Assembly: GCA_965207735.1 (NCBI GenBank)
Contig: OZ242296.1
Span: forward strand, 2,464,001-2,528,000
Length of the DNA stretch: 64,000 nt
Origin: Candidatus Versatilivorator sp.
GTDB taxonomy: Bacteria > Acidobacteriota > Terriglobia > Versatilivoradales > Versatilivoraceae
Reading direction: 5' to 3'
Part shown: positions 48,558 through 58,103 of the stretch, piece by piece
Numbering within the stretch: position 1 is the first letter of the stretch
Layout of the letters: every line of letters starts with the position of its first letter
Translations under genes and position numbers: made by a program
The notes under the pieces: model-generated
Seen by the model: the letters and a program-made list of their open reading frames with translations, nothing else
Databases searched by the model: none
Told to the model about the DNA's origin: nothing

Positions 48558-49937
48558 ATGATCCATCGCCGTCGTTTATTGAAGACTGCCGCCCTGGGAG
48601 CGGGGCTGGCTCCTTTTTCCCTATCCATGCTGGCCGAGGTGCGGAAAAGGATGAAGATCGTCGAGATCGAGGAGCACGAAGTGGTTGCTCCCTATCAGGA
48701 CTACAACGCCGAGGCGCTCTTTCGGTATCACGGACTCTCCTTGCAGAGACGTGTCATCTACGTGGTCAAGACCGACCTGGGGCTGGAGGGTTACGGAGAG
48801 AGCGGGGGCCCGCTGCGGGAGGGACGTTACAAGGACTACCTGGGCAGCGATCCGTTCGACTGGATGGCCGACACCAAGAACCTGCCCATGAACATGGCCG
48901 TCTACGACCTCATGGGGAAATATCTGGGTCTGCCCGCCTGGAAGCTCCTGGGACCCAAGGTGCGCTCCTGGATTCCGGTGGCGGCCTGGACCGTCTCCCG
49001 GCCTCCGGATGAAATGGCGGAAGAAGTGATCGACGTATCCCGGCGGGGCTACCACTGGCTCAAGTACCACGTGGACGTGCTGCAGAACGCCATCGATCAG
49101 ACCGAGGCCATGCAGAAGGTCGCTCCCCCCGGGTTCAAAATCCACTACGACTTCAATGAGGACTCCAACTTCGAAGCCGTCTACCCGGTGCTGCGGGAGC
49201 TGGAAAAGTTTCCCGTCGCCGGACGGATCGAGGATCCCATCCGTTCCGAAGATCGCGACGGCTATCGCCTGCTGCGGGAGAAGTGCTCCATCCCCATCCT
49301 CATTCACCACGGCCCTCACGACGTCTTCATGAGAGACGGCCTCTGCGACGGTTTCATGGGCGGCCACGCTGCGGTGGGCCATGCCATGAAGCTGTCGGCC
49401 ATGGCGGAGTCGACCAATACGCCTTTCATGCTCCAGCAGACGGGCGGCATCATCAACCAGGCCTTCCTGGCTCATGAAGTGGCCGTGTTTCCCATGGCCG
49501 TCCTGGACCACGTCAACGGGTGCCATCTCTGGAAGGAGCAGGTCACCCGCGAGGACATGCCCGTGGTGGGGGGAAGCGTCGCGCTCCCGGAAGGGCCCGG
49601 GCTGGGAATCAGCCTTGACCGGGAGAAACTGAAGCGGCTGGCCCAAGCCCCGCGGCCCAAACAAACCCGCTTCCTGGTGCGTGTCCGCTATGAAGACGGC
49701 CTCAGCATCTACTTCCGGTTCGACCCCGATCTTCCCGGGGCCAACGTGAGATTCCTCAATCCCCCCGGATTCGGGCAACGAAACTCAGGCTTCGGACCGG
49801 ATGTCCCCGGGCCGGTTCCGGGTTATGCCAACCCGGTGGTCAGCGACTTTTGGGATGAAACCGGTTCTCCGGAATTCGAGGCCATGTGGGAACGCGCGGC
49901 GGAAGGTCCGGTCTGGGAGCAAACCGGCAAGCCCTGA
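48558..49937 (+). CDS. Mandelate racemase/muconate lactonizing enzyme (enolase superfamily), Tat signal
   Basis: HRRRLLK; TD.GLEGYGE, MAVYDLMGK, DFN, IEDP and PEGPGLGI. Confidence 0.85.
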   Translation: MIHRRRLLKTAALGAGLAPFSLSMLAEVRKRMKIVEIEEHEVVAPYQDYNAEALFRYHGLSLQRRVIYVVKTDLGLEGYGESGGPLREGRYKDYLGSDPFDWMADTKNLPMNMAVYDLMGKYLGLPAWKLLGPKVRSWIPVAAWTVSRPPDEMAEEVIDVSRRGYHWLKYHVDVLQNAIDQTEAMQKVAPPGFKIHYDFNEDSNFEAVYPVLRELEKFPVAGRIEDPIRSEDRDGYRLLREKCSIPILIHHGPHDVFMRDGLCDGFMGGHAAVGHAMKLSAMAESTNTPFMLQQTGGIINQAFLAHEVAVFPMAVLDHVNGCHLWKEQVTREDMPVVGGSVALPEGPGLGISLDREKLKRLAQAPRPKQTRFLVRVRYEDGLSIYFRFDPDLPGANVRFLNPPGFGQRNSGFGPDVPGPVPGYANPVVSDFWDETGSPEFEAMWERAAEGPVWEQTGKP

Positions 49938-49975
49938 CCGATGCGGTCAGTGGATTCCAATCGTGAGGAGACGCC

Positions 49976-51643
49976 ATGAGACGAAGACGGTTTCTTAAGA
50001 CAGCCGCCGGCAGCCTGTTGGCCGGCCCTTGGCTGGGAGGCTTGACCTCGGCCTTCCTGAGTCCGGGCTGGAGCCAACCGATTCCCGAAGCTCGAAAAGG
50101 ACGCCGCATGCTGTCCAACCACGACGGCGCCATCATGGGAAGCGATCCTCCGCTCACCGCCGAGCACTTCCGCCAGGTAGTCAGAAGCTATCAGGGGACG
50201 CCGGTGGACACCATCTGCTTCTGTCTGGGCGACCGTGAGGTCTACCACTACGAGACCGAAGTCGCCGAGGTGATCGGCCGCCGGCACGGAACCTTCAAGA
50301 GCGACTGGGACTGGCGCGTCTATGAAAATACCAGGCGGCTCATCGAATCGGGCAAGGGCCCCCTGGCGACCTTTGCCGAGGTGTGCCGGGAGGAAGGCAT
50401 GGGCCTGTTCGGCTCTTTCCGAATGAACAGCCACTACGGAGTGGATCCAGCCTCCCCCCACCACAGCGAGTTTCGGCTCAAACACCCCCAATGGCTGATC
50501 GGGCACCCCGCCGGCTATTCCAAGGAGAGCAAGGAATTCGGAATCCGGATGGGCTTGAACTACGCCATCCCGGAAGTTCGCGAGCACATGGCGGCCACCA
50601 TCGTGGAGGTCTTCACCCGATTTCAGGTGGACGGCGTGGAACTGGATTTCATGCGGCACCCGGCCTTTTTCAAGCTGCACGAGGCGGTGGAGAATCACCA
50701 CCACATGACCGACATGCTGCGGCACATCAAACGCCGCCGGGACCAGGTCAGCCGTGAGACCGGCCGGAAGATCGAACTCGCGATGCGGGTTCCGCCGACC
50801 TTCCCCGATGCCCTGCGGGTGGGCCTGGACGTGCGCACCTGGATCCGGGAGGGCCTGGTGGACCTTCTCATCGCGGGAGGGGGTTTCATTCCCTTCGACA
50901 TGCCCTTCGAATCGTTCGTGGAGGCGGCCCGCGGCACCGACTGCCAAGTGTTGGGCGGACTGGAACTGCTCCGTTTCATGACCGGACCCACTCCCGACCT
51001 GGACATCAATCGAGCCATCGCCATGCGCTTCTGGCAGGGCGGGGCCGACGGACTGCAACTGTTCAACTACTTCGCCCAGGAAACGGATTGGAAGCGGCAG
51101 TTGTTCCAGGAAATCGGCGACCCTGAGCGGCTGGCGACGCTGGACAAACGCTATCAGATGGACAAGCGACGCTGGTTCCCCGGCGGATGGAACAACCACG
51201 GCGCCGCCTTTTCATCGGCGGTGCCGGCGGTGCAGCTCCCGGTAGACCTCACCGAGACGCCGTCCGCAGGCGGCCCCCGCCTGCGATTCAGGATTTCCGA
51301 TGACCTGGAATCGGCCACACGCAAGGGCATCCTGGACAGCGTCAAACTTCGGCTCCTGTTCGAGAACCGCACTCTCGAGGACCAGGTGGAGGTCCATCTC
51401 AACGGGGAACGCCTGCCCGACAAGCATCCTGGAACCTTCGATCTGGTCTCCTACTGGAACAGGACTCGCGGTCCCTACCAGGGAGAGTATCTGACGGGGA
51501 CTCTGGAATACGACGTCGCCTGCCCGCCCCTGAAACAGGGAATCAATGTCATCCAGGTTCGACTGGTCAAACGAACCCCCAACCTGACCTCGCCCCTGAG
51601 ACTGGGCCTGGTGGAGGCGTCGGTTCATTACAAGTCCGGTTGA
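49976..51643 (+). CDS. GHL10-like TIM-barrel protein, Tat signal
   Basis: RRRRFLK; NHDG, SFRMN, LNYAIPEVR, VDGVELDFMRH and GADGLQLFN. Confidence 0.75.
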   Translation: MRRRRFLKTAAGSLLAGPWLGGLTSAFLSPGWSQPIPEARKGRRMLSNHDGAIMGSDPPLTAEHFRQVVRSYQGTPVDTICFCLGDREVYHYETEVAEVIGRRHGTFKSDWDWRVYENTRRLIESGKGPLATFAEVCREEGMGLFGSFRMNSHYGVDPASPHHSEFRLKHPQWLIGHPAGYSKESKEFGIRMGLNYAIPEVREHMAATIVEVFTRFQVDGVELDFMRHPAFFKLHEAVENHHHMTDMLRHIKRRRDQVSRETGRKIELAMRVPPTFPDALRVGLDVRTWIREGLVDLLIAGGGFIPFDMPFESFVEAARGTDCQVLGGLELLRFMTGPTPDLDINRAIAMRFWQGGADGLQLFNYFAQETDWKRQLFQEIGDPERLATLDKRYQMDKRRWFPGGWNNHGAAFSSAVPAVQLPVDLTETPSAGGPRLRFRISDDLESATRKGILDSVKLRLLFENRTLEDQVEVHLNGERLPDKHPGTFDLVSYWNRTRGPYQGEYLTGTLEYDVACPPLKQGINVIQVRLVKRTPNLTSPLRLGLVEASVHYKSG

Positions 51644-51670
51644 TCGCCCTTCCGGGTTCAAGGGGAGTAG

Positions 51671-51779
51671 GGGACGTTGTTGAATTACTGGAATAACCGG
51701 GATCGGCTATTCCTGAATTCCTGATATTCGACAACGTCCCCTAACCGCACAAGTTATTCCAGTAATTCAACAACGTCCC
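51671..51779. repeat. Mini-element with a perfect 27-bp inverted repeat
   Basis: GGGACGTTGTTGAATTACTGGAATAAC (51671-51697) and its reverse complement (51753-51779); partial third copy inside. Confidence 0.9.
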
Positions 51780-51805
51780 TTGGTGTCACTTTCTCAGGAG
51801 GCGTC

Positions 51806-53185
51806 ATGGCTCTCGTTCACCGGCGCCGTTTTCTTCGTCAGACCGGGTTGGCCGCGGCCGGCCTGCCCTTCTGGTCGTCGTCGCTGTTTTCGCAGTTGGC
51901 CCGCAAGATCAGGATCACCGAGATCGAAGCCCACGAGATCCTCCCCCCCTACCACGACTACCATGCCGAATGGCTGTTTCGCTACCAGGGGCTGAACAGC
52001 CGGTTGCGGACCGTCTACATCGTCAAGACCGATGCAGGCATCGAGGGCTACGGGGAGAATTGGGGATCTCCATGGAGCGACTTCGAGGACTATCTGGGCA
52101 CCACTCCCTTCGACTGGATCAACGATCCTCGGAATCTGCCGATGAACATGGCAGTCTACGACCTGATGGGCAAGGCGTTGGGACTGCCCGCCTGGAAACT
52201 GATTGGGCCTCGGGTGCGGTCCTGGATCCCCATCGCCGCCTGGACGATGTCGCAACCTCCCCGGCAAATGGCGGAAGAAGTCAGGCAACTGTCGAAACGC
52301 GGTTATCGCTGGATGAAATACCACGTGGACGTCCTGCAGAACGTGGTCGATCAGACTGCCGCCATGCAGGAGGCGGCGCCCCGTGGATTTCGCGTCCACT
52401 ACGACTTCAACGAGGATTCCAATTTCGAAGCTGTCTATCCCGTCCTGAAGGAATTGGAACGATTTCCCATTGCAGGGCGGATCGAAGATCCCATCCGATC
52501 CATCGACCAGGACGGCTACCGGCTGCTACGAGAAAAGTGTGCCATTCCGATCCTGATTCACCACGGCCCGGCCGACGTCTTCATGCTCAAGGGGCTTTCC
52601 GACGGGTTCATGTCCAGCCATGCGGGCATCGGCTCAGCCAGGAAGCTGGCGGCCATGGCGGAAAGCACCAACACTCCCTTCCTGTTGCAGATGGCCGGCG
52701 GCACCATCAACCAGGCCTTCCTGGCGCATCAAGCGTCCGTCTTTCCCATGGCTACCCTGGCCCATATAGACCTGTGCAACGTCTGGGCGGAAGACGTGAC
52801 CGTCGAAGCCATGCCGGTGGTGGGCGGCAGCGTGGCGGTTCCGAAGGGACCCGGTCTCGGGGTGCGCATAGACCGGAAAAAGCTGGAGCGGCTGGCCCAA
52901 GCGCCTCGACCCAAACAGACGCGCTTCCTGGTCAGGGTACGCTACCGTCCGGGACCGCACCTCTATTTCCGTTACGACCCCGATGCCGAGGGCGCTAACA
53001 TCAAGTTCCTGAGTCCGCCGGGATTCGGGCGGCGGTACTCCGGACACGGTCCCCACGTGCCGGGACCGGTCCCGGGCTATGCCAATCCGGTGGAGACCGA
53101 CTTCTGGGATGAAGTGGGCACGGTGGAGTTCGAACGGATGTGGAAACGGACCGAAGCCGGCCCCTTCTGGACGGGGGGGGCATGA
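51806..53185 (+). CDS. Mandelate racemase/MLE-family protein, Tat signal (paralogue of 48558-49937)
   Basis: HRRRFL; same motifs and high similarity. Confidence 0.85.
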   Translation: MALVHRRRFLRQTGLAAAGLPFWSSSLFSQLARKIRITEIEAHEILPPYHDYHAEWLFRYQGLNSRLRTVYIVKTDAGIEGYGENWGSPWSDFEDYLGTTPFDWINDPRNLPMNMAVYDLMGKALGLPAWKLIGPRVRSWIPIAAWTMSQPPRQMAEEVRQLSKRGYRWMKYHVDVLQNVVDQTAAMQEAAPRGFRVHYDFNEDSNFEAVYPVLKELERFPIAGRIEDPIRSIDQDGYRLLREKCAIPILIHHGPADVFMLKGLSDGFMSSHAGIGSARKLAAMAESTNTPFLLQMAGGTINQAFLAHQASVFPMATLAHIDLCNVWAEDVTVEAMPVVGGSVAVPKGPGLGVRIDRKKLERLAQAPRPKQTRFLVRVRYRPGPHLYFRYDPDAEGANIKFLSPPGFGRRYSGHGPHVPGPVPGYANPVETDFWDEVGTVEFERMWKRTEAGPFWTGGA

Positions 53186-53234
53186 GAGGTGGTGGTTAGA
53201 ACCATTTCTCACCAGACTGCCAACCCTCACTCTC

Positions 53235-53951
53235 GAGGCGCCGCGCTTGCCCCCCTCCGGATCGACTGCGGGCGGGCCCCCTCGCGACGCCGAGTTTGCC
53301 CCCCTCCGGATCGACTGCGGGCTTCGCCCTTGTCTCTCCGACTCCCCCTCAAGGGGGGAGTGATACTTGAGGCTTGCAGGGGGCACCTTGCCTGATTCCC
53401 GGGCAGGATGTAAACCATGTTCCCGGTCTAACGTATAAACTCCGTTCCCTCTTCATAACACGGGTATCACTCCCCCCTTGAGGGGGAGTCGCAGAAGTCG
53501 AGCCGAATGGCGAAGGCTGATGCGGTGGGGGGTTCGCACAAGGCGAGCCAAGGGCGAGATCTTGTGCGCCGTAGCGGTAACCGCCGGCGTGCGTCGGCTG
53601 CGGCGGGGGGTGGACGCCGGCGCAGCTTTGGGGCAACGCGTGCCGTTGGAGCAGGTCCGTCTCGCTTTGTGGCTCTGTGAGTGCCGCTGGTCGGCTCTTA
53701 CGGGACGCCGAGTTTGCCCCCCTCCGAATCGACTGCGGGCGGAGCCCTTGTCTCTCCGACTGCCCCTCAAGGGGGGAGTGATACTTGAGGCTTGCATGGA
53801 GCGCCTTGCCCGATTCCCGGGCAGGATGTAAACCATGTTCCCGGTCTACCGCATAAACTCCGTTCCCTCTTCATAACACGGGTATCACTCCCCCCTTGAG
53901 GGGGAGTCGCAGAAGCCGAGCCGAATGGCGAAGGCTGATGCGGTGGGGGGC
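53235..53951. repeat. REP-like composite repeat cluster (two ~235-bp direct copies)
   Basis: 53297-53532 and 53716-53951 are near-identical; inverse of 3525-3760. Confidence 0.85.
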
Positions 53952-53980
53952 CAACGCCAGGCTGGCTCGAGAGCCGCTGG

Positions 53981-55228
53981 TCAGAACCGTCCCAGACGCA
54001 GGGGTTCCAAGGGCAGGGAGAGCGGTTCCCCGCAGATCATTTCGGCCATAAGCTTGCCGCTGATGGGGCCGTGGGTATATCCCAGCATGGCATGGCCGGT
54101 GGAGAGGTAGACGTGAGGATGGCGGGGAAGCCGGTCGATGATGGGCAGCCCGTCCGGCGTGCAGGGACGCAAGCCGCACCAGCGCTCCACGTTGGTGGGG
54201 TTTTCGGCCCCCGAGAGCACCTCCAGAGCTCCCCTCTGGATGGCCTCGGTGCGGGTCGGGTTCAAGCTCAGATCGATCCCGGCAAACTCCATGGTTCCCG
54301 CAAACCGCAGGCGATTGCCGATGGGAGTCACTCCGACTTTTCTTTCCGCGTGGATGAAGGGAATCTTCGGGCTCAGCGCCGGCCGGTCCATGGTCAGGCT
54401 GTACCCCTTTCCAGCCTGAACCGGAACCCTGACTCCCAGCTCGCGGGCCAGCATGGGTGTCCAGGACCCCATGGCCAGGACGATTTCCCGGGCGCGAAAG
54501 TCTCCCCGGTCGGTTCGGACTCCGGCAGGCCGGCCTCCCTCCAGCAACCAGCCTGTCACCTCGGTTCCGGTTCTGACGTCCACCCCGTGCTTTCCCAGGG
54601 CTTCTCCCAGGCTTGTCACGAATCGATAGGAGTCGCCATGGCCGTCCTCGGCGGAATAAAGAGCCCCCACCACACTCCGATTGAGCGCAGGCTCCAGTTC
54701 CCGGGCCTGGTCCCCCGACAGAACCGTGAGATCCAGGTCGTGCCTGGCCATGATCTCGGCCTCCTCTCTCCCCTCGTCCATTCCGGCCGCCGTGGTGTAT
54801 ACGCTCATGAGTCCCCGCTGCTCGAAGTCGAAGCTCAGGTCTTCCGAGGCGGCCAACTCCGTAAACAGGAGCAGGCTGGCGCGACCCAGGTCCCTCAAAA
54901 CGGGAATGGCTCGCTCCATGGGCCGGTGGCGGCAGAAGACGGCGAACTGCAGCAGCCAGGAAAAGAGCCGCCAGTCCACCCGGGGCCGAATCAGCAGGGG
55001 GCTGTCTTCCTTGAGCATCCACTTCAGGGACTTGCCGACGACTCCCGGCGCCGGCACCGGCATGGCATGGCTGGGCACGATCATGCAGGCGTTGCCGTAG
55101 GAGCAACCGGAACAGATCTCGCCCTTCTCGATCAAGGTGACCCGGCAGCCCTTCCGGGCCAGGTAGTAGGCCGTGCAGACGCCTACCGACCCACCGCCAA
55201 TCACGAGAACATCCGATTTTTCCGCCAT
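53981..55228 (-). CDS. FAD-dependent D-amino acid dehydrogenase (DadA-like)
   Basis: GGGSVG, CSYGNA, KGYS, W.GLRPCTPDGLP and GHAMLG. Confidence 0.9.
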   Translation of the reverse strand: MAEKSDVLVIGGGSVGVCTAYYLARKGCRVTLIEKGEICSGCSYGNACMIVPSHAMPVPAPGVVGKSLKWMLKEDSPLLIRPRVDWRLFSWLLQFAVFCRHRPMERAIPVLRDLGRASLLLFTELAASEDLSFDFEQRGLMSVYTTAAGMDEGREEAEIMARHDLDLTVLSGDQARELEPALNRSVVGALYSAEDGHGDSYRFVTSLGEALGKHGVDVRTGTEVTGWLLEGGRPAGVRTDRGDFRAREIVLAMGSWTPMLARELGVRVPVQAGKGYSLTMDRPALSPKIPFIHAERKVGVTPIGNRLRFAGTMEFAGIDLSLNPTRTEAIQRGALEVLSGAENPTNVERWCGLRPCTPDGLPIIDRLPRHPHVYLSTGHAMLGYTHGPISGKLMAEMICGEPLSLPLEPLRLGRF

Positions 55229-55287
55229 CGCCTCGACCTGACTGGAAACCTGGACTGAAACAGGAACAACGGGAATGAACTGCGCTA

Positions 55288-56869
55288 GGAGTCTGCGCCG
55301 CAGGACGATTTCGGAAAGTTCAAGAGCGAGAGGCTACTGCGCAAGGCCGGTTCCAAGGAGTGCTTGGGAGCCACTTGGGCGTTGATAGAGTCTCAAGCGT
55401 CCTGTGGGCTCCCACAATGGGCGGTTGAGGACCTCCGTGGCCCTGGGTATTGGGTGGAAATCCCTTGCTTCAGGCCGCCATCAACGCACTCATCCTCTTG
55501 ATGTTGAGGGCCAGACACACCAAGTCCCACTCCCCCTGCACTGATTGCAAGCCCCGCAGACTGAACCGTCGGAATCCCAGCCCCTCCTTGATCCACCCAT
55601 GAGGGGCTTCGGCAATCCACTTCCTCCGCCGATACTCCACCTGACCGGCTAGGCTGGCCAGCTTCTTCCTCATACGACTCTTGGCCGGATGCTTCCTGGG
55701 ATCGATCTCTACCGCCCGCTTCCCCTCGCGCCCCAGCGCAACATAACCGTCCACTCCTCTCTCTTCCAGGGCCTGCAAGTCCTCCTCATTGCAGTAGCCC
55801 GCATCCGCCAGCACCTGTTTCGGTATCTCCTGGAAGCTCTCCTCCACCTCCTCCAGCAACTCCATCATCTGCCCCTGATCGCTCGCCTGCGCCGTTACCT
55901 CGGTGGCCACAATGATCTGGTGCTCTCCGTCCACCGCCACCTGCGCGTTGTAGCATTGCTGGAACCCCTCGGTGGAAGTCTTCATGATCCGGCTTTCCGG
56001 ATCGGTGAAATTACTCTGCGCCTTCTCCTCCGGTTCTCCGTAGGCCCGCTTGTAGGGCCGTCGTGCTTTCGGGTTGCGGTCCTGTCCCGGTTTGCGCCCC
56101 CGCTCCTCATCGGCCTCCCGCTGGGCCGCCTCCAGCCGCTGCTTGGCCGCCTCGATCGCCGCCAGCCGGTCCTCCCGCCGCCGCAACTCCTCGGGCAACT
56201 CATCCCCACGCCGGTCTTCCCCGTACCGCTCATCTTCCTCCCGGTCCTCCCGCCGCGCCTTCTTCAACAACTCATGGATCTCTGCCTTCAGTTGCCGCTC
56301 CCGCTCCTTCATCCGACCATAGCTCATCGCCTTGCGCCGGCTCGCGTTCGCCCGCACCTTCGTCCCGTCGATCCCCAATCGCCCCAACCCCACCATCCCC
56401 ATCTCCCGCGCCAAGCTCACCACCTGTACGAACAGCTGCTTGAAGTCCTTCAAATGCCGGCGGCGAAACTCGCACAACGTCCGATGCTGCGGAAAGTTCC
56501 CCGCCGCCAGCATCCGAAACGCCACGTCTTCCTCCAGCTTCCTCGCGATCTTGCGCGACGAGAACACCCCTGTCGCATAGGCGTAAATCAACACCTTCAC
56601 CATCATCCGCGGCTCGTAGGGCGAGTTGCGCCTCCCGTCCTCTTCATAGGGCCGGTAAAACGCTCTCAACTCCAGCCCATCCACCAACTCACTCACCTGA
56701 TGGGCCAAGTGCCCTTCCGGTACCCACTCCCCCAGGTCCGGCGGCAACATCAACAGTTGCTTCGGCTGATACGGGCGAAACCTTGTCCCCATCCACCACC
56801 TCCTATGATGTCTCTAAGCCCGTTATTGTATCATTCAGCCCTGCCCGGGTTTTCTGCGGCGCAGACTCC
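55288..56869 (-). mobile_element. IS1182-family insertion sequence
   Basis: 16-bp IR GGAGTCTGCGCCGCAG; CTAG at both junctions. Confidence 0.9.
55470..56792 (-). CDS. IS1182 family transposase
   Basis: YEPRMMVKVLIYAY..GVFSSRKI, IDGTKVRANAS, NFTDPESRIMK, YNAQ and LADAGY. Confidence 0.95.
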   Translation of the reverse strand: MGTRFRPYQPKQLLMLPPDLGEWVPEGHLAHQVSELVDGLELRAFYRPYEEDGRRNSPYEPRMMVKVLIYAYATGVFSSRKIARKLEEDVAFRMLAAGNFPQHRTLCEFRRRHLKDFKQLFVQVVSLAREMGMVGLGRLGIDGTKVRANASRRKAMSYGRMKERERQLKAEIHELLKKARREDREEDERYGEDRRGDELPEELRRREDRLAAIEAAKQRLEAAQREADEERGRKPGQDRNPKARRPYKRAYGEPEEKAQSNFTDPESRIMKTSTEGFQQCYNAQVAVDGEHQIIVATEVTAQASDQGQMMELLEEVEESFQEIPKQVLADAGYCNEEDLQALEERGVDGYVALGREGKRAVEIDPRKHPAKSRMRKKLASLAGQVEYRRRKWIAEAPHGWIKEGLGFRRFSLRGLQSVQGEWDLVCLALNIKRMSALMAA

Positions 56870-56871
56870 TA

Positions 56872-57985
56872 GCCCGCATTTCTCACCAGGGGGCATGATC
56901 ATGGCGCAGGATTTTTCCCTTCAGGGCGTGCTCGCGACCGAAGAGCGTAGCGGTCACTACGCGCGAGGGAGCATGTGCGCGCTGAAGGGAAAAAGACAAG
57001 CCAGGGCATGCCCAGCGCTGTCTGTTACCCGCAAGCCCTTACCATGGAGCCAATCTAAGTACTGAAGATAAACTACTTTTCGGCATGGCACCAGCGACCT
57101 GGGTAGAGTCGAGGACTGGCGCGTTGACTATAGGGTCCGGTGGCTATTCCGTCGCTTTCGCTTCGGGCCTCAGTCCGGCTCCCTTATCACGTTTCCAGTC
57201 CCCGCTCTCCGAACCGGACGTGCGGTTTTCCCGCATCTCGGCTCTCCAGTGGGATCATGCGTCTCGCACACAGGTCCCCGCTCGCATCCGTGGACGACTC
57301 CTATGGGATTGGCACCCGTCCCCCACTCCATCCACTTCCGCTCCCGGGTTGCCGCCAGGCCTGTTGATGCCCTGACGACGCCGTCCTCCTCCGACGACCC
57401 TTTCACTTTTGCATGTGATGCTTCCGGAGTCTCCGGCCCTTTTTTGGTCGGGGTTTCAGGCTTTCGCCACTCCCGGGACCCTTCCCCCTTCGGTCACCGC
57501 TCCTCACCTGAGGCCCCTTCCCTCCACCGGTATTACCCGGCTTCTCCGGTACTACAGGCCTCTCCGCCACCCTGTCGGCCTAGACTGACTCTCGCGAGCT
57601 TCCGGTTCGGTGCGTGCCTCACCACCCACAGGGCTTCCCATGTTGCTGCCTTCTTCCCCTTCCATGCGTGCCAGCGCCACTACCCCGGCGGGTCCAAAGG
57701 GGTGCCCGCGTCGCTCGCTTCCCCCTCCGTCTTCGGCCTTCCCCATTTCTCAGGTGGGTCGGCCCCCGCATTGCCCGTTTCGAGGCCTGCTCGACGTTCA
57801 CTCGCGTTCCGGCCCGCATGCTCGCTGAACCGCCTTAAGCGGCCCTTTGACACCAGAGGGCTTCAGACCATATCGTTACCTCCATGATCCGCCCTGGCTG
57901 CTACCAACCGGAGCGACAGTTGTTGGACGGGTTTCGCACCCGTTGGAAGAAGGCGCCTTTCCATGGCGCACTGAGAAATGCGGGC
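56872..57985. mobile_element. IS1380-type MITE (~245 bp without the intron), right IR split by a group II intron
   Basis: Left IR is identical to the IS1380 IR (56872-56889); CTGG|TGAGAAATGCGGGC is restored on intron removal; internal hairpin TTTTTCCCTTCAG...CTGAAGGGAAAAA. Confidence 0.9.
57103..57971 (-). ncRNA. ORF-less group II intron (869 nt, IIB-like)
   Basis: 5' GTGCG at 57971; 34-nt domain V GAGCCGAGATGCGGGAAAACCGCACGTCCGGTTC (57244-57211); 3' end ...ACTCTAC at 57103; EBS1/EBS2 complementary to the 5' exon. Confidence 0.92.
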
Positions 57986-58103
57986 TAGGGGTATTGCTCA
58001 GGGACTCGACTTCATACGCGGCAAGGCCCGGACGCACCGGGCGGAGGGCCACCCCCGGGCGCCAACTCGGAGGGCGATGCGAAAGGCGCGGGGGGACGGC
58101 GGA

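Noticed and set aside
57103-57971. Retron, DGR or RT-encoding element
   Set aside because: No YADD-type reverse transcriptase in any frame; only an ORF-less intron RNA.
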